Assembly: GCA_964440115.1 (NCBI GenBank)
Contig: CAYTPV010000001.1
Location: 275,792 to 339,791 of the forward strand
Direction of reading: 5' to 3'
Origin: an uncultured Oscillospiraceae bacterium
GTDB lineage: Bacteria > Bacillota > Clostridia > Christensenellales > CAG-138
Length of the DNA stretch: 64,000 nucleotides
Shown: positions 28,141 through 37,897 of the stretch, piece by piece
How the letters are laid out: every line of letters starts with the position of its first letter
Position numbering within the stretch: the stretch's first letter is position 1
The notes under the pieces: generated by a model
The model's input: only the letters and a program-made list of their open reading frames with translations
Databases searched by the model: none
What the model was told of the DNA's origin: nothing
Translations under genes and position numbers: made by a program

Positions 28141-29999
28141 TGGCAAGACAGATTATAGGCGAAAAACCCAAGGACCTGAAACAGACTCTGCGGCTGCTCT
28201 GGGTTTATATGAAGAGACACAGCGGAATATTATCCGCCGTGATTGCGCTTGCCATTATAAGCGCTTTCGCCAATGTGTACGGCACTTATCTGCTCAGGCC
28301 CGTTATCAACGGCTACATCATCCCGGGCAACACTTCCGGGCTCGTTCGCATGCTTCTGTTCATGGGCGGGATGTATCTCGCGGGAGTTGCGGCGACATAT
28401 GGGTATACGCAGCTCATGGTAAAAGCAGCGCAGCGCATCGTCAGCGATATGCGCCGCGATCTGTTCGCAAAAGTGCAGACACTGCCGCTGCGGTTCTTCG
28501 ACGCGACCACGCACGGGGAACTGATGAGCCGCTTCACCAACGACATCGATACCATATCCGAAGCACTCAACAGCGGCTTTGCCGTCATGATACAGTTCAT
28601 GGCGGTTTTCCTCGGCACCATGACAGTTCTGATCGTCATGAACGTTACGCTGTCGCTCATTGTCATACTCTCGTTGCTTGGCATGTTCGCATTCCTGCGC
28701 TACAGCACCAAAAAGAGTCACGGCTTCTTTAAGCGTCAGCAGCAATATCTGGGCGGACTGAACGGCTTTGTGGAAGAAAGCGTACAGGGGCAGAAGGTCA
28801 TCAAGGTGTTCAATCATGAAGACAAAAACTTTGAGGAATTCGCAGACCGAAACGCCAAACTGCGCGACGCCTCTACCTCCGCGGTGATGTTCGGCGGGTT
28901 TGTAATCCCCACCGTCTCCAGCATTTCTTATCTGAACTACGCCCTTACATCCTGCATCGGCGCGTTCTTTGTGATATCGGCCGGTCTGGATATTGGCACG
29001 CTGGCCTCCTACCTGATATATGTGCGCCAGACGGCTATGCCTCTTATACAGATGTTCCAGCAGCTTAACCTCATACTCGCCGCTCTCTCCGGCGCGGAAC
29101 GCATATTCCAGGTCATGGATTTGTCCGCCGAATGGGACGAAGGAACCGTCACACTCGTAAACACCCGGCCAAATGAGGACGGAACTCTCACCGAATGCGA
29201 AGAGCGTACCGGGCGATGGGCCTGGAAAAGGCCGCTTGCCGGAGGAGAAACCGAACTTGTACCGCTGCGCGGGGATGTTCGCTTTCACGATGTGGTGTTC
29301 GGCTATGAAAAAGGCATCCGAACGCTCGATCAAATCAGCCTGTACGCAAAACCGGGGCAGAAAATCGCATTCGTTGGTTCTACCGGAGCGGGCAAAACCA
29401 CCATCGCCAACCTCATCAACCGGTTTTACGATGTCAGCGAAGGGTCCATCACCTACGACGGTATAGATGTGCGCGATATCAAAAAGGACGATCTGCGCCA
29501 TTCGATTGCGGTCGTTCTGCAGGATACACATCTGTTTACGGGCTCCATAGCGGATAATATCCGGTATGGCAATCCAAACGCCACAATGGAACAGGTAGTC
29601 GCGGCGGCAAAGCTCGCCAACGCGCACTTCTTCATCAGCCGCCTGCCGCAGGGATACGATACCGTGCTGACCGGAGACGGCGCAAACCTCAGCCAGGGCC
29701 AGCGGCAGCTCATCGCCATTGCGCGCGCTGCTGTGGCCAATCCGCCGGTGCTGATACTCGACGAAGCAACAAGCTCAGTCGACTCACATACGGAAAAGCT
29801 CATTGAAGCCGGCATGGATCACCTGATGGAAAACAGGACGGTGTTCGTCATCGCGCACAGGCTTTCGACCGTGCGCAACGCCAAGGCCATCATCGTGCTG
29901 GAACACGGCAAAATATTGGAACGCGGCAGTCACGACGAACTGGTCGCCGGAAAAGGCAGATACTATCAGCTGTATACAGGTCAGTTCGAGCTGGCGTAA
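28140..29999 (+). CDS. ABC exporter, fused permease-ATPase (heterodimer half 2)
   Basis: Six TM segments plus an NBD: GSTGAGKTT, LSQGQRQL, ILDEATS. Its start overlaps the partner's stop (ATAATGG). Confidence 0.85.
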   Translation: MARQIIGEKPKDLKQTLRLLWVYMKRHSGILSAVIALAIISAFANVYGTYLLRPVINGYIIPGNTSGLVRMLLFMGGMYLAGVAATYGYTQLMVKAAQRIVSDMRRDLFAKVQTLPLRFFDATTHGELMSRFTNDIDTISEALNSGFAVMIQFMAVFLGTMTVLIVMNVTLSLIVILSLLGMFAFLRYSTKKSHGFFKRQQQYLGGLNGFVEESVQGQKVIKVFNHEDKNFEEFADRNAKLRDASTSAVMFGGFVIPTVSSISYLNYALTSCIGAFFVISAGLDIGTLASYLIYVRQTAMPLIQMFQQLNLILAALSGAERIFQVMDLSAEWDEGTVTLVNTRPNEDGTLTECEERTGRWAWKRPLAGGETELVPLRGDVRFHDVVFGYEKGIRTLDQISLYAKPGQKIAFVGSTGAGKTTIANLINRFYDVSEGSITYDGIDVRDIKKDDLRHSIAVVLQDTHLFTGSIADNIRYGNPNATMEQVVAAAKLANAHFFISRLPQGYDTVLTGDGANLSQGQRQLIAIARAAVANPPVLILDEATSSVDSHTEKLIEAGMDHLMENRTVFVIAHRLSTVRNAKAIIVLEHGKILERGSHDELVAGKGRYYQLYTGQFELA

Positions 30000-30120
30000 T
30001 CCCGAGCAAAGAATCCGCAATGTCAGCCGGACTGCGAAACTTCCTGTTCCGTGCATATATGTGAAATAGGGCGTTCGCTTCTTTGAAAAGGTTAGTACCG
30101 CAGAAGGAGGCGCGCAGGTT

Positions 30121-30774
30121 TTGGATGAAGCTGCCGACAATTTACAAAACAAAGCCGAAAAGGCCGCCTCCGTCTCATCCCTGGATTTGTTCGCAATCCG
30201 AGGCCCGGGCGATACGGTCTATTCGGGATGCGCGCAGGAATGGTTTCAAAAGCGGTGGCAGCGCATGTCCGGCTGCGGCCCAACCACGGCGGCCAGCCTT
30301 TTCTATTACCAACAGCGCCGGCGCGGAAGCCAAATGGCGGCGCGGGAGGATATTCTGAACCTGATGAACTCCTTCTGGCAGCATGTAACGCCTACCTGGA
30401 AGGGCGTGTACAGCACGGACTACTATATTTCCCGCGTGCAAAGCTACGCGCAGGCGCACGGCATTTCTGTAACGGCTGCTGCGCTGGACGTTCCAAAAGA
30501 ACCCAGCGCACGCCCTTCACCCGACGCCATGCTCACATTTCTTTTTCAGGCACTCGAACAGGATCTGCCCGTAGCGTTTCTCAATCACCACAATGGCAGG
30601 GAAAGGGCACTGTTCTCGCATCACTGGGTAGTCATCGTATCCCTTCACTGCGGCCCGGATGGATGTATTGCCGAATTTCTTGACCAAGGTATCATCAAAC
30701 GCATCGATATCTGCCGCTGGCTGACCCACACAAAAAACGGCGGCGGGTTTGTAACGCTGCGCTTTGCGCAGTAA
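30121..30774 (+). CDS. Hypothetical papain-like (peptidase C39/BtrH-like) cysteine peptidase-fold protein
   Basis: TTG start 10 nt after GAAGGAGG. Gln-x4-Cys in WQRMSGCGPTTAASLFYY and a His motif HHWVVIVSL resemble the Q/C/H arrangement of C39-like peptidases. No transporter domain. Confidence 0.4.
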   Translation: MDEAADNLQNKAEKAASVSSLDLFAIRGPGDTVYSGCAQEWFQKRWQRMSGCGPTTAASLFYYQQRRRGSQMAAREDILNLMNSFWQHVTPTWKGVYSTDYYISRVQSYAQAHGISVTAAALDVPKEPSARPSPDAMLTFLFQALEQDLPVAFLNHHNGRERALFSHHWVVIVSLHCGPDGCIAEFLDQGIIKRIDICRWLTHTKNGGGFVTLRFAQ

Positions 30775-31021
30775 TCTCGCCACAACTTGCCCACCCCCTC
30801 AAGCAAACCTGCCTTCTCACCCCCGCAGCACGCTGCACAGGCATACACAAGCCGCCGATATTAATACCGCATATATAAATCACGAATTACAATTAAGAAA
30901 GCATAAATCTTGGCCTAAAGGCATTGCTATTACTAAGCGTGTGCCTTATGATCATGCTGTGAAAACGCCCCGGTAATGGGAGACGCCCGGCAGAACGCCG
31001 AAGAACAATAAGGGAGGAAGC

Positions 31022-32980
31022 ATGTTCGACATTCTTACCAACGTCATATACATCGTTGTGGGTATCATCGCCGTATATCTGCTGATATTCAAGATACTCG
31101 GTCTGCGGGTCATCAACTCCAACGAAGTCGCAGTCGTGGAAAAATGGTGGAGCTTCAAAGGATCTTTGAAGGATTCCATCATCGCGCTGCACGGGGAAGC
31201 CGGTTACGCGCCGGATCTGCTGCGCGGCGGTATCCACTTCAAATCCGTGCTGATGTACCGCATCCACAAGTATCCGCTTATCACGGTGCCGCAGGGACAA
31301 ATCGCGTACTTGTTCGCACGCGACGGTATGCCTCTTGCACCCACGCAGACTCTTGGCCGCATCGTACCCGAAGCGAACAACTTCCAGAGCGTTTACGGGT
31401 TCCTGAAGAACGGCGGCCAGCGTGGTCCGCAGCGCGGCATGCTGCGTGAAGGAACGTACGCCATTAACCTGGCCCAGTTCATCGTGATTACGGCCAACGA
31501 CATCAAATCCATCACCTCCGGCTCCAAGCAGGAGCAGTCCGAGCTCATCACCATGCAGAAGACGCTGGCCGATCGCGGCGGTTTCTGGCCGGTGGTCATC
31601 ATGGGCACCGGACGCGAGCAGTCCGACCTCATGGGCATCGTCACTGTGCACGACGGCACGCCCATCAAGCAGGGCGAGATCATCGCTCCCGATGTGGGCG
31701 AAGAGCACGCCAGTTTCCAAGACCCGGAAAAGTTCCTGCAGCTGGGCGGACGGCGCGGTAAGCAGATACAGGTGCTGACCGACGGTACCTACTACATCAA
31801 CCGGCTGTTCGCGACAGTGGAATTCCGTCCTAAGACAGTCGTCCCCATCGGCTTCGTGGGCGTGGTCGTTTCCTTCTTTGGCGAGCAGGGCGTGGATACA
31901 TCCGGCGAGAGCTACAAACATGGAGAACTGGTAGCCGCCGGCTGCAAGGGCGTACTGGAAAAGCCGCTTATGCCCGGCAAATACGCCTTCAACACCGACG
32001 CCGGTAAAGTGGTGCTTGTGCCCACCACCAACATCATACTCAAGTGGAACAAAGCCGAATCCGGCGACCACAAGTATGACGAGAACCTCACCGAAGTCGA
32101 TATCATCACCAAGGACGCTTTCGAGCCTTCGCTCCCGCTTTCCGTCGTTATGCACATCGACTACAAGCAGGCTCCGTGGGTGATCCAGCGTTTCGGCGAT
32201 ATCGGTATGCTGGTCAACCAGTCTCTTGACCCGCTGGTCAGCGCCTACTTCAAGGACGTAGCGCAGACCAAGACGCTCATTGAGCTCATTCAGGAGCGAA
32301 GCGCCATCCGTGAACGCGCGGTGCTCGAGATGCGCGAGAAGTTCGAAAAATATAACCTGCAGCTTGAGGAAGTGCTGATCGGCACCCCCAAGACCGCCGT
32401 CAACGATGTGCAGATCGAGAACATTCTCGCCCAGCTGCGCGAACGGCAGATTGCCGAGGAAAAGAAGATCACTTACCAGAAGCAGCAATCCGCTGCGGAA
32501 AGCGAAAAATCCCTGCGTGAAGCGCAGGCGGTGGCCGAGCAGCAGAGCTTCCTGACGAAGTCCAAGATACAGATCGACATCGAGCGCAACTCGGGCGCGG
32601 CGCTCGCGAGCAAGGCCGAACAGGAAGCCACACAGATCGTGGCGCTTGCAAAAGCCAACGCCGAAAAGGTACGCCTGGAGGGCGAAGCCGAAGCCAGCAA
32701 GGAAAGCAACATCGGTCTTGCAAAGGCGCAGGCAATCGACGCGCAGGTCAAGGCATACGGTGGCGCACAGTACCGCGTGGTACAGGAAGTGACCGACAAG
32801 CTTTCAGACGCCATCAAGACAACCAGTGTGGATATCGTGCCCAAGACGATGGTCAGCATGGGCAACACGGAAGAAGGCGGCACCGGCACGGTCATAGACG
32901 CGCTCTTAAAATTCATCACCATGCAGAAGCTTGGTGTGGATCTGACAGATTCATCAGAAGCAGTTTCCGCTAAGAAGTAA
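31022..32980 (+). CDS. Flotillin-family (SPFH/band-7) membrane protein
   Basis: N-terminal TM, an SPFH domain, then a long Ala/Glu/Gln-rich coiled-coil with EA-type repeats (AEQEATQIVALAKANAEKVRLEGEAEA). RBS GGGAGGAAG. Confidence 0.75.
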   Translation: MFDILTNVIYIVVGIIAVYLLIFKILGLRVINSNEVAVVEKWWSFKGSLKDSIIALHGEAGYAPDLLRGGIHFKSVLMYRIHKYPLITVPQGQIAYLFARDGMPLAPTQTLGRIVPEANNFQSVYGFLKNGGQRGPQRGMLREGTYAINLAQFIVITANDIKSITSGSKQEQSELITMQKTLADRGGFWPVVIMGTGREQSDLMGIVTVHDGTPIKQGEIIAPDVGEEHASFQDPEKFLQLGGRRGKQIQVLTDGTYYINRLFATVEFRPKTVVPIGFVGVVVSFFGEQGVDTSGESYKHGELVAAGCKGVLEKPLMPGKYAFNTDAGKVVLVPTTNIILKWNKAESGDHKYDENLTEVDIITKDAFEPSLPLSVVMHIDYKQAPWVIQRFGDIGMLVNQSLDPLVSAYFKDVAQTKTLIELIQERSAIRERAVLEMREKFEKYNLQLEEVLIGTPKTAVNDVQIENILAQLRERQIAEEKKITYQKQQSAAESEKSLREAQAVAEQQSFLTKSKIQIDIERNSGAALASKAEQEATQIVALAKANAEKVRLEGEAEASKESNIGLAKAQAIDAQVKAYGGAQYRVVQEVTDKLSDAIKTTSVDIVPKTMVSMGNTEEGGTGTVIDALLKFITMQKLGVDLTDSSEAVSAKK

Positions 32981-33002
32981 GACAAAGCAACATGAACCAA
33001 AA

Positions 33003-33030
33003 GGCCGCCCGGGCAACCGGGCGGCCTTTT
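33003..33030 (+). terminator. Intrinsic terminator after the flotillin gene
   Basis: GGCCGCCCGG-GCAA-CCGGGCGGCC followed by TTTT. Confidence 0.8.
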
Positions 33031-33349
33031 AAAAGTTCCAGCAGGCCGGAACTTCTGGAATATACACCTTAACGAACCCCTCAAACACAATCATCAGTGA
33101 TTTGGCCTGAAGATAAAATATTCTAATATCATGTATGTATAGCGTGCAAACCGCCTCTTATAACAAATGCAATGGCAGCAAAAAGGCGCTTTATTAGACA
33201 GAGTTTGTATCTTCGTCCTGCTCATTTTCATTATCAGCATACATCAATCAAGCCATCCATAATATTCCATATGATTTATATAAGGAAATATTTTAGCCAT
33301 AAGCCTTTCGACAGGCTTTCCATCATCCCATTATATTTCTCAAAGTACC

Positions 33350-33378
33350 TTGTCAAAAGATTGCTTATCGTGTAGTAT
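33350..33378 (+). promoter_or_regulatory. Promoter of the glycine reductase operon
   Basis: TTGTCA, 17-nt spacer, TAGTAT with a TG at -14/-15. Confidence 0.5.
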
Positions 33379-33399
33379 AACCTTAAACAATGGCATAAA

Positions 33400-33560
33400 G
33401 AGCCGGATGATCGCTGCGGGAGAAGCCAATGACGGCGCCGAAGGAATAAGTGGGCGATTGCTGACCGTCCATGAAGATCTCAGGTAAAACAGACCGCAAC
33501 TTGACGGCACTCTGGAAAGCAGAAGCACCGATGGAGCAATCCGCCTATAACTGATATTAT
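33400..33560 (+). promoter_or_regulatory. Glycine riboswitch with tandem aptamers
   Basis: Aptamer 1: GCGGGAGAAG...ACGGCGCCGAAGGAATAAG. Aptamer 2: CTCTGGAAAG...GCACCGATGGAGCAATCC. These match the conserved GGAGAG...CACCGAAGGAGCAA cores of the glycine aptamer. Confidence 0.8.
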
Positions 33561-33585
33561 GGGCAGAGAATCTCACAGGTTAGTG

Positions 33586-33624
33586 ACAGAGTAAAATGCA
33601 CCTTGGTGCGTTTTACTCTTTTTT
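33586..33624 (+). terminator. Riboswitch expression-platform terminator
   Basis: GAGTAAAATGCACC-tt-GGTGCGTTTTACTC followed by TTTTTT. Located between the aptamers and grdX. Confidence 0.75.
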
Positions 33625-33702
33625 GTGCAATGCATTTTATTTTGCCAGATGTCCATCATAAGACGGCAAAGAAGCCGCAGCCTCACTGGAGAGGTTATAA
33701 GT

Positions 33703-34071
33703 ATGAAATTTCAAATTTTAACGAATAATCCGCTCGTCCATGATGAGCTGAAAGATAAGTATGCCTTATCTTTCTATGAATGCACATACCGTGATCTGCT
33801 TGTCAGGGCACGCGATATGATTCATATGGGTTTTCGTTTATATTCACACCCGCTTTCGGGAAGCATAAAACCAAACGAAACGCCGTACAGATCCCTTTTA
33901 TTATCCCAAAACCCGGGCGATCTGGATCTGCATTCGCTTGAGCTGATTGAAAACGGCATTGCCGTTTTCGACAAATTTCCCCCGCGTTATACGTATATAC
34001 CCGAAAGAATCAGGGCTGATTTTTCCTTAGTTGACTACAGCCTGCTGCAGAACACATTAGCTCTGCTTTAG
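33703..34071 (+). CDS. grdX: Glycine reductase operon small protein GrdX
   Basis: 123-aa acidic protein. It sits directly upstream of grdE, the position GrdX takes in grd operons. RBS GGAGAGG. The track ORF starts further upstream inside the riboswitch. Confidence 0.65.
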   Translation: MKFQILTNNPLVHDELKDKYALSFYECTYRDLLVRARDMIHMGFRLYSHPLSGSIKPNETPYRSLLLSQNPGDLDLHSLELIENGIAVFDKFPPRYTYIPERIRADFSLVDYSLLQNTLALL

Positions 34072-34131
34072 ACTGTGGAACCCGGCCCGAGGCCGATACT
34101 CTCCGAAAAAAAAGATGAGGAGGTGATTTCT

Positions 34132-35412
34132 TTGAAATTGGAACTCGGATATATCAATATCCAAGACATTCAATTTTCAAGCGAATCAAAAATTGAAAAC
34201 GGTACCCTGTTCGTCAGCAAGGAAGCCGTCAAGGCAATCATTCTCGAGGATGAGCACATTAAATCCGCAGATGTGGACATCGCCCGTCCCGGCGAAAGCG
34301 TCCGCATTACGCCTGTCAAGGACGTTATCGAGCCTCGCGTAAAGGTAGAAGGCCCCGGCGGTATATTCCCGGGCGTCATTGCGAAGGTCGATACGGTCGG
34401 CAGCGGCAGAACCCACGTGCTCAAGGGCGCCGCGGTTGTCTCTACCGGTGAGGTGGTTGGCTTCCAGGAAGGCATCATCGACATGACGGGCACGGGCGCG
34501 GAATACACGCCGTTTTCCAAGACCTGCAATCTGGTATTGATCATGAACCCGGTAGACGGGTTACAAAAGCATGATCACGAACGCGCACTCCGCCTGGCGG
34601 GGCTCAGGGTCGCGGTATATCTGGGCGAGCTTGCACGAAGCCTCACCCCTGATACGATTGAGACATTTGAATCCTGCGGTATCGTGGAAGGTCTCAAGAA
34701 GTATCCCGAGCTTCCGCGCGTCGCGTATGTTCTTATGCTGCAGAGCCAGGGTCTGCTGCACGACACGTATGTGTACGGCGTAGACGCAAAGCGCACACTG
34801 ACCACGCTGATTACGCCGACCGAACTCATGGACGGTGCGATCATCAGCGGCAACTGCGTGTCGGCGTGCGATAAGAACACCACGTACCACCATCTGAACA
34901 ACCCCGTGATTCACGATCTGTTTGCAAAGCATGGCAAAGAGCTCAATTTTGTAGGCGTGATCATCACCAACGAAAACGTATACCTCGCCGATAAGGAGCG
35001 TTCCTCCAACTGGACGGCCAAGCTGGCTGAGTTCCTCAATGTCGACGGTGTCATCGTTTCGCAGGAAGGTTTCGGCAACCCGGATACCGACCTGATCATG
35101 AACTGCAAGAAGATCGAAGCCAAGGGCATCACCACCGTTATCATTACGGACGAATATGCCGGCCGCGACGGTTCTTCCCAGTCCCTTGCCGATGCAGACC
35201 CCAGCGCAAATGCTGTTGTCACCGCCGGCAACGCCAACCAGCTGATCAAGCTGCCCAAGCTTAACCGCGTCATCGGCAACCTCGCGCCTGTGGATAAAAT
35301 CGCCGGCGGCTTTGCGGATAACACCCTGCCCGACGGCAGCATCATGGTGGAACTGCAGGCTATTACGGGAGCCACAAACGAGCTTGGCTTTAACAGACTC
35401 AGCGCTCGATAA
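34132..35412 (+). CDS. grdE: Glycine reductase complex protein B proprotein (alpha/beta subunits, GrdE)
   Basis: GrdE-family sequence (MKLELGYINIQDIQF...) with an internal NC/SAC region consistent with autoprocessing to a pyruvoyl subunit. TTG start 10 nt after GAGGAGG. Confidence 0.8.
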   Translation: MKLELGYINIQDIQFSSESKIENGTLFVSKEAVKAIILEDEHIKSADVDIARPGESVRITPVKDVIEPRVKVEGPGGIFPGVIAKVDTVGSGRTHVLKGAAVVSTGEVVGFQEGIIDMTGTGAEYTPFSKTCNLVLIMNPVDGLQKHDHERALRLAGLRVAVYLGELARSLTPDTIETFESCGIVEGLKKYPELPRVAYVLMLQSQGLLHDTYVYGVDAKRTLTTLITPTELMDGAIISGNCVSACDKNTTYHHLNNPVIHDLFAKHGKELNFVGVIITNENVYLADKERSSNWTAKLAEFLNVDGVIVSQEGFGNPDTDLIMNCKKIEAKGITTVIITDEYAGRDGSSQSLADADPSANAVVTAGNANQLIKLPKLNRVIGNLAPVDKIAGGFADNTLPDGSIMVELQAITGATNELGFNRLSAR

Positions 35413-35435
35413 TTCGGAAAGGAGGATACTTCGCT

Positions 35436-36746
35436 TTGACAAAGTTGAAAGTCGTACAATACATCAACCAGTTTTTTGCCCAGGTCGGCGGCGAAGAGAT
35501 GGCCGATTACAAGCCTGAACTTCGCGAAGGCATTGTGGGCCCTGGTCTTGCATTCCAGGCCGCTTTTAAAGACGACGCAGAAATCGTCGCCACCATCATT
35601 TGCGGCGACTCGTTCTTCAATGAGAACCTCGAGCAAGCCACGAAGATCGTCCTGGATATGGTCAAATCCAAATCGCCCGACCTGTTTATCGCAGGTCCCG
35701 CGTTCAACGCGGGTCGGTATGGCGTCGCCTGCGGCGCTATCGCGAGCCTCGTTCAGAAGGAACTTGGTATCCCCTCCCTCACGGGTATGTATGTAGAAAA
35801 CCCGGGCGTGGATATGTACAAGACTTCTGTGTACATCGTGGAAACCAAAAACAGCGCGGCAGGCATGCGTGACGCCGTGGCAAAAATGGTTCCCCTTGCC
35901 CTCAAGCTCGGACGCGGAGAAGAAATCGGCGCATCCGCTGAAGAAGGCTACATTCCCAACGGCATCCGCAAGAACTTCTTTGACAAGAAGCGCGGTTCCG
36001 AACGCGCCGTCGATATGCTGCTCAAGAAGCTCAAGGGCAAGGAATTCGTCACCGAGTTCCCCATGCCGGATTTCGACCGCGTAGTTCCCAACCCCGCCGT
36101 GAAGGATATGGCCCATACGACGATCGCGCTCGTTACCTCGGGCGGTATCGTTCCCAAGGGCAATCCGGACCATATCGAATCTTCCAGCGCCTCCAAGTAT
36201 GGCCGCTACGATATCGAAGGCGTCATGGATCTGACGTCCGATACGTATGAGACCGCTCATGGCGGTTATGACCCGGTATACGCCAACCAGGACTCCGACC
36301 GCGTGCTTCCCGTTGACGTACTGCGCGAGTTCGAAAAGGAAGGCAAAATCGGCAAGCTGTACCGGTATTTCTATACCACCGTAGGCAACGGCACCGCCGT
36401 CAAGAACGCCAAAGCGTTCGCGGCCAATTTCGCAAAGGAGCTGCTTGAGGCCAAAATAGGCGCCGTCATCCTGACATCCACCTGAGGCACCTGCACACGT
36501 TGCGGCGCAACGATGGTAAAAGAAATTGAAAGGGCCGGCATTCCGGTCGTGCATGTTTGCACAGTTACCCCCATCTCCATGACGGTTGGTGCCAACCGTA
36601 TCGTACCCGCGGTCGCCATCCCGCATCCTCTGGGCAATCCCGCCCTCACCATGGATGAGGAAAAGGCTCTGCGCAGGAAAATACTCAATACCGCGCTTCG
36701 CGCACTCTCAACCGAAGTAACGGATCAGACCATATTCGAAGGCTGA
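35436..36746 (+). CDS. grdB: Glycine reductase selenoprotein B (GrdB), selenocysteine read-through
   Basis: One frame runs 35436-36746, interrupted only by TGA at 36483-36485 inside ILTST-U-GTCTRC (UxxCxxC). A hairpin CGTTGC-ggc-GCAACG sits 12 nt downstream. selA, selB and tRNA-Sec are in the same locus. Confidence 0.8.
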
Positions 36747-36875
36747 TTCTGAACTTCGGGCAGTCGTGCTGCTTTTATGGCACAGCCGATTTGCTCCGTC
36801 CTTACCGATAGAGCAAAAGTGTGACCTTAGCATTTTCGGCCGCCGCGCCGATGAAAGCGGCAAACCGGGTGATAT

Positions 36876-36902
36876 CCCGCGCGCCCCGTATGGGCGCGCG
36901 GG
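36876..36902 (+). other. Perfect 11-bp GC stem-loop between grdB and trxB
   Basis: CCCGCGCGCCC-cgtat-GGGCGCGCGGG, with no downstream U-tract. Confidence 0.5.
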
Positions 36903-36925
36903 GGACAGCCCTGGAGGGTTCTATC

Positions 36926-37858
36926 ATGGATAAGATTTATGACCTGATTATTATCGGCGCTGGCCCGGCCGGACTTGCGGCAGGACTCTATGCGGGCCGC
37001 GGACGTTTGGATACGCTGATCATTGAGAAAACAAAGGTTGGCGGCCAGATCGTCATCACGGCTGAGATTGAAAACTATCCCGGCGGCATGCCCGAAGATT
37101 CCGGCGCTTCCCTCATTGACAGAATGTCCGCTCAGGCTGATCATTTTGGCGTTAAGCGGGAATTCGATACGATCGTCGACGTGGAGCTTGTGGGCGACGT
37201 GAAGCGTCTGAAGGGACTCAAGGGCGATTATTTTGCCAAATCCATCATCGTAGCCACGGGCGCGCATCCCAAAACGATCGGCTGCCCCGGCGAAACGGAA
37301 CTCACGGGCAAGGGCGTATCCTACTGCGCCACCTGTGACGGCGCATTCTTCGAGGATTTTGATATTTATGTCGTCGGCGGCGGCGACGCTGCGGTAGAGG
37401 AAGCCCTGTATCTGACAAGGTTCGGCCGCAAAGTCACCATCATCCATCGCCGCGACGAACTGCGGGCCGCTAAATCCATACAGGAAAAAGCATTTGCGAA
37501 CGAAAAAATCGACTTCCTGTGGAATACTGTGGTTACCGAAGTCAAGGGCGACGGCATACTCACTTCCATGGTCGTGAAGAACACCAAAACCGGCGAAACC
37601 ACCGAGATCGAGGCAAACGAAGACGATGGTACATTCGGCCTGTTTGTGTTCATAGGCTTTGAACCCCATTCCACGCTGTTTGAAGGCAAGCTGGAAATGG
37701 AAAACGGCTATATCGTGACCGATGCCGACATGAAAACCAATATCCCCGGCGTATTTGCTGCCGGCGACATCCGTGTTAAGACTCTTCGTCAGGTAGTGAC
37801 TGCAGCGGCGGACGGCGCGATTGCCGCCACTCAGGCAGAGAAGTATCTGGCCAGATAA
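36926..37858 (+). CDS. trxB: Thioredoxin reductase
   Basis: FAD motif IIIGAGPAGLAAG, redox CATC, NAD(P) motif VVGGGDAAVEEA. Start at MDKIYD, preceded by GGAGGG. Confidence 0.85.
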   Translation: MDKIYDLIIIGAGPAGLAAGLYAGRGRLDTLIIEKTKVGGQIVITAEIENYPGGMPEDSGASLIDRMSAQADHFGVKREFDTIVDVELVGDVKRLKGLKGDYFAKSIIVATGAHPKTIGCPGETELTGKGVSYCATCDGAFFEDFDIYVVGGGDAAVEEALYLTRFGRKVTIIHRRDELRAAKSIQEKAFANEKIDFLWNTVVTEVKGDGILTSMVVKNTKTGETTEIEANEDDGTFGLFVFIGFEPHSTLFEGKLEMENGYIVTDADMKTNIPGVFAAGDIRVKTLRQVVTAAADGAIAATQAEKYLAR

Positions 37859-37897
37859 CTGGACAACCTAAATAAATACTTGAGTGAGGTGAATGAC

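Noticed and set aside
34911-36626. 571-aa minus-strand ORF antisense to grdE/grdB. Similar long antisense ORFs occur at 30893-32488, 43050-44243, 39681-40613, 38276-39022, 10308-11528, 24903-25730, 6948-7697 and 28230-29627.
   Set aside because: High GC content produces long stop-free antisense frames. The sense-strand genes have clear conserved motifs and RBSs, while the antisense translations are low-complexity (Ala/Arg/Gly-rich) with no motifs.
36513-36746. 77-aa ORF called as a separate gene after grdB.
   Set aside because: It is in frame with grdB across a single TGA in a UxxCxxC context, so I treat it as Sec read-through rather than a separate gene.
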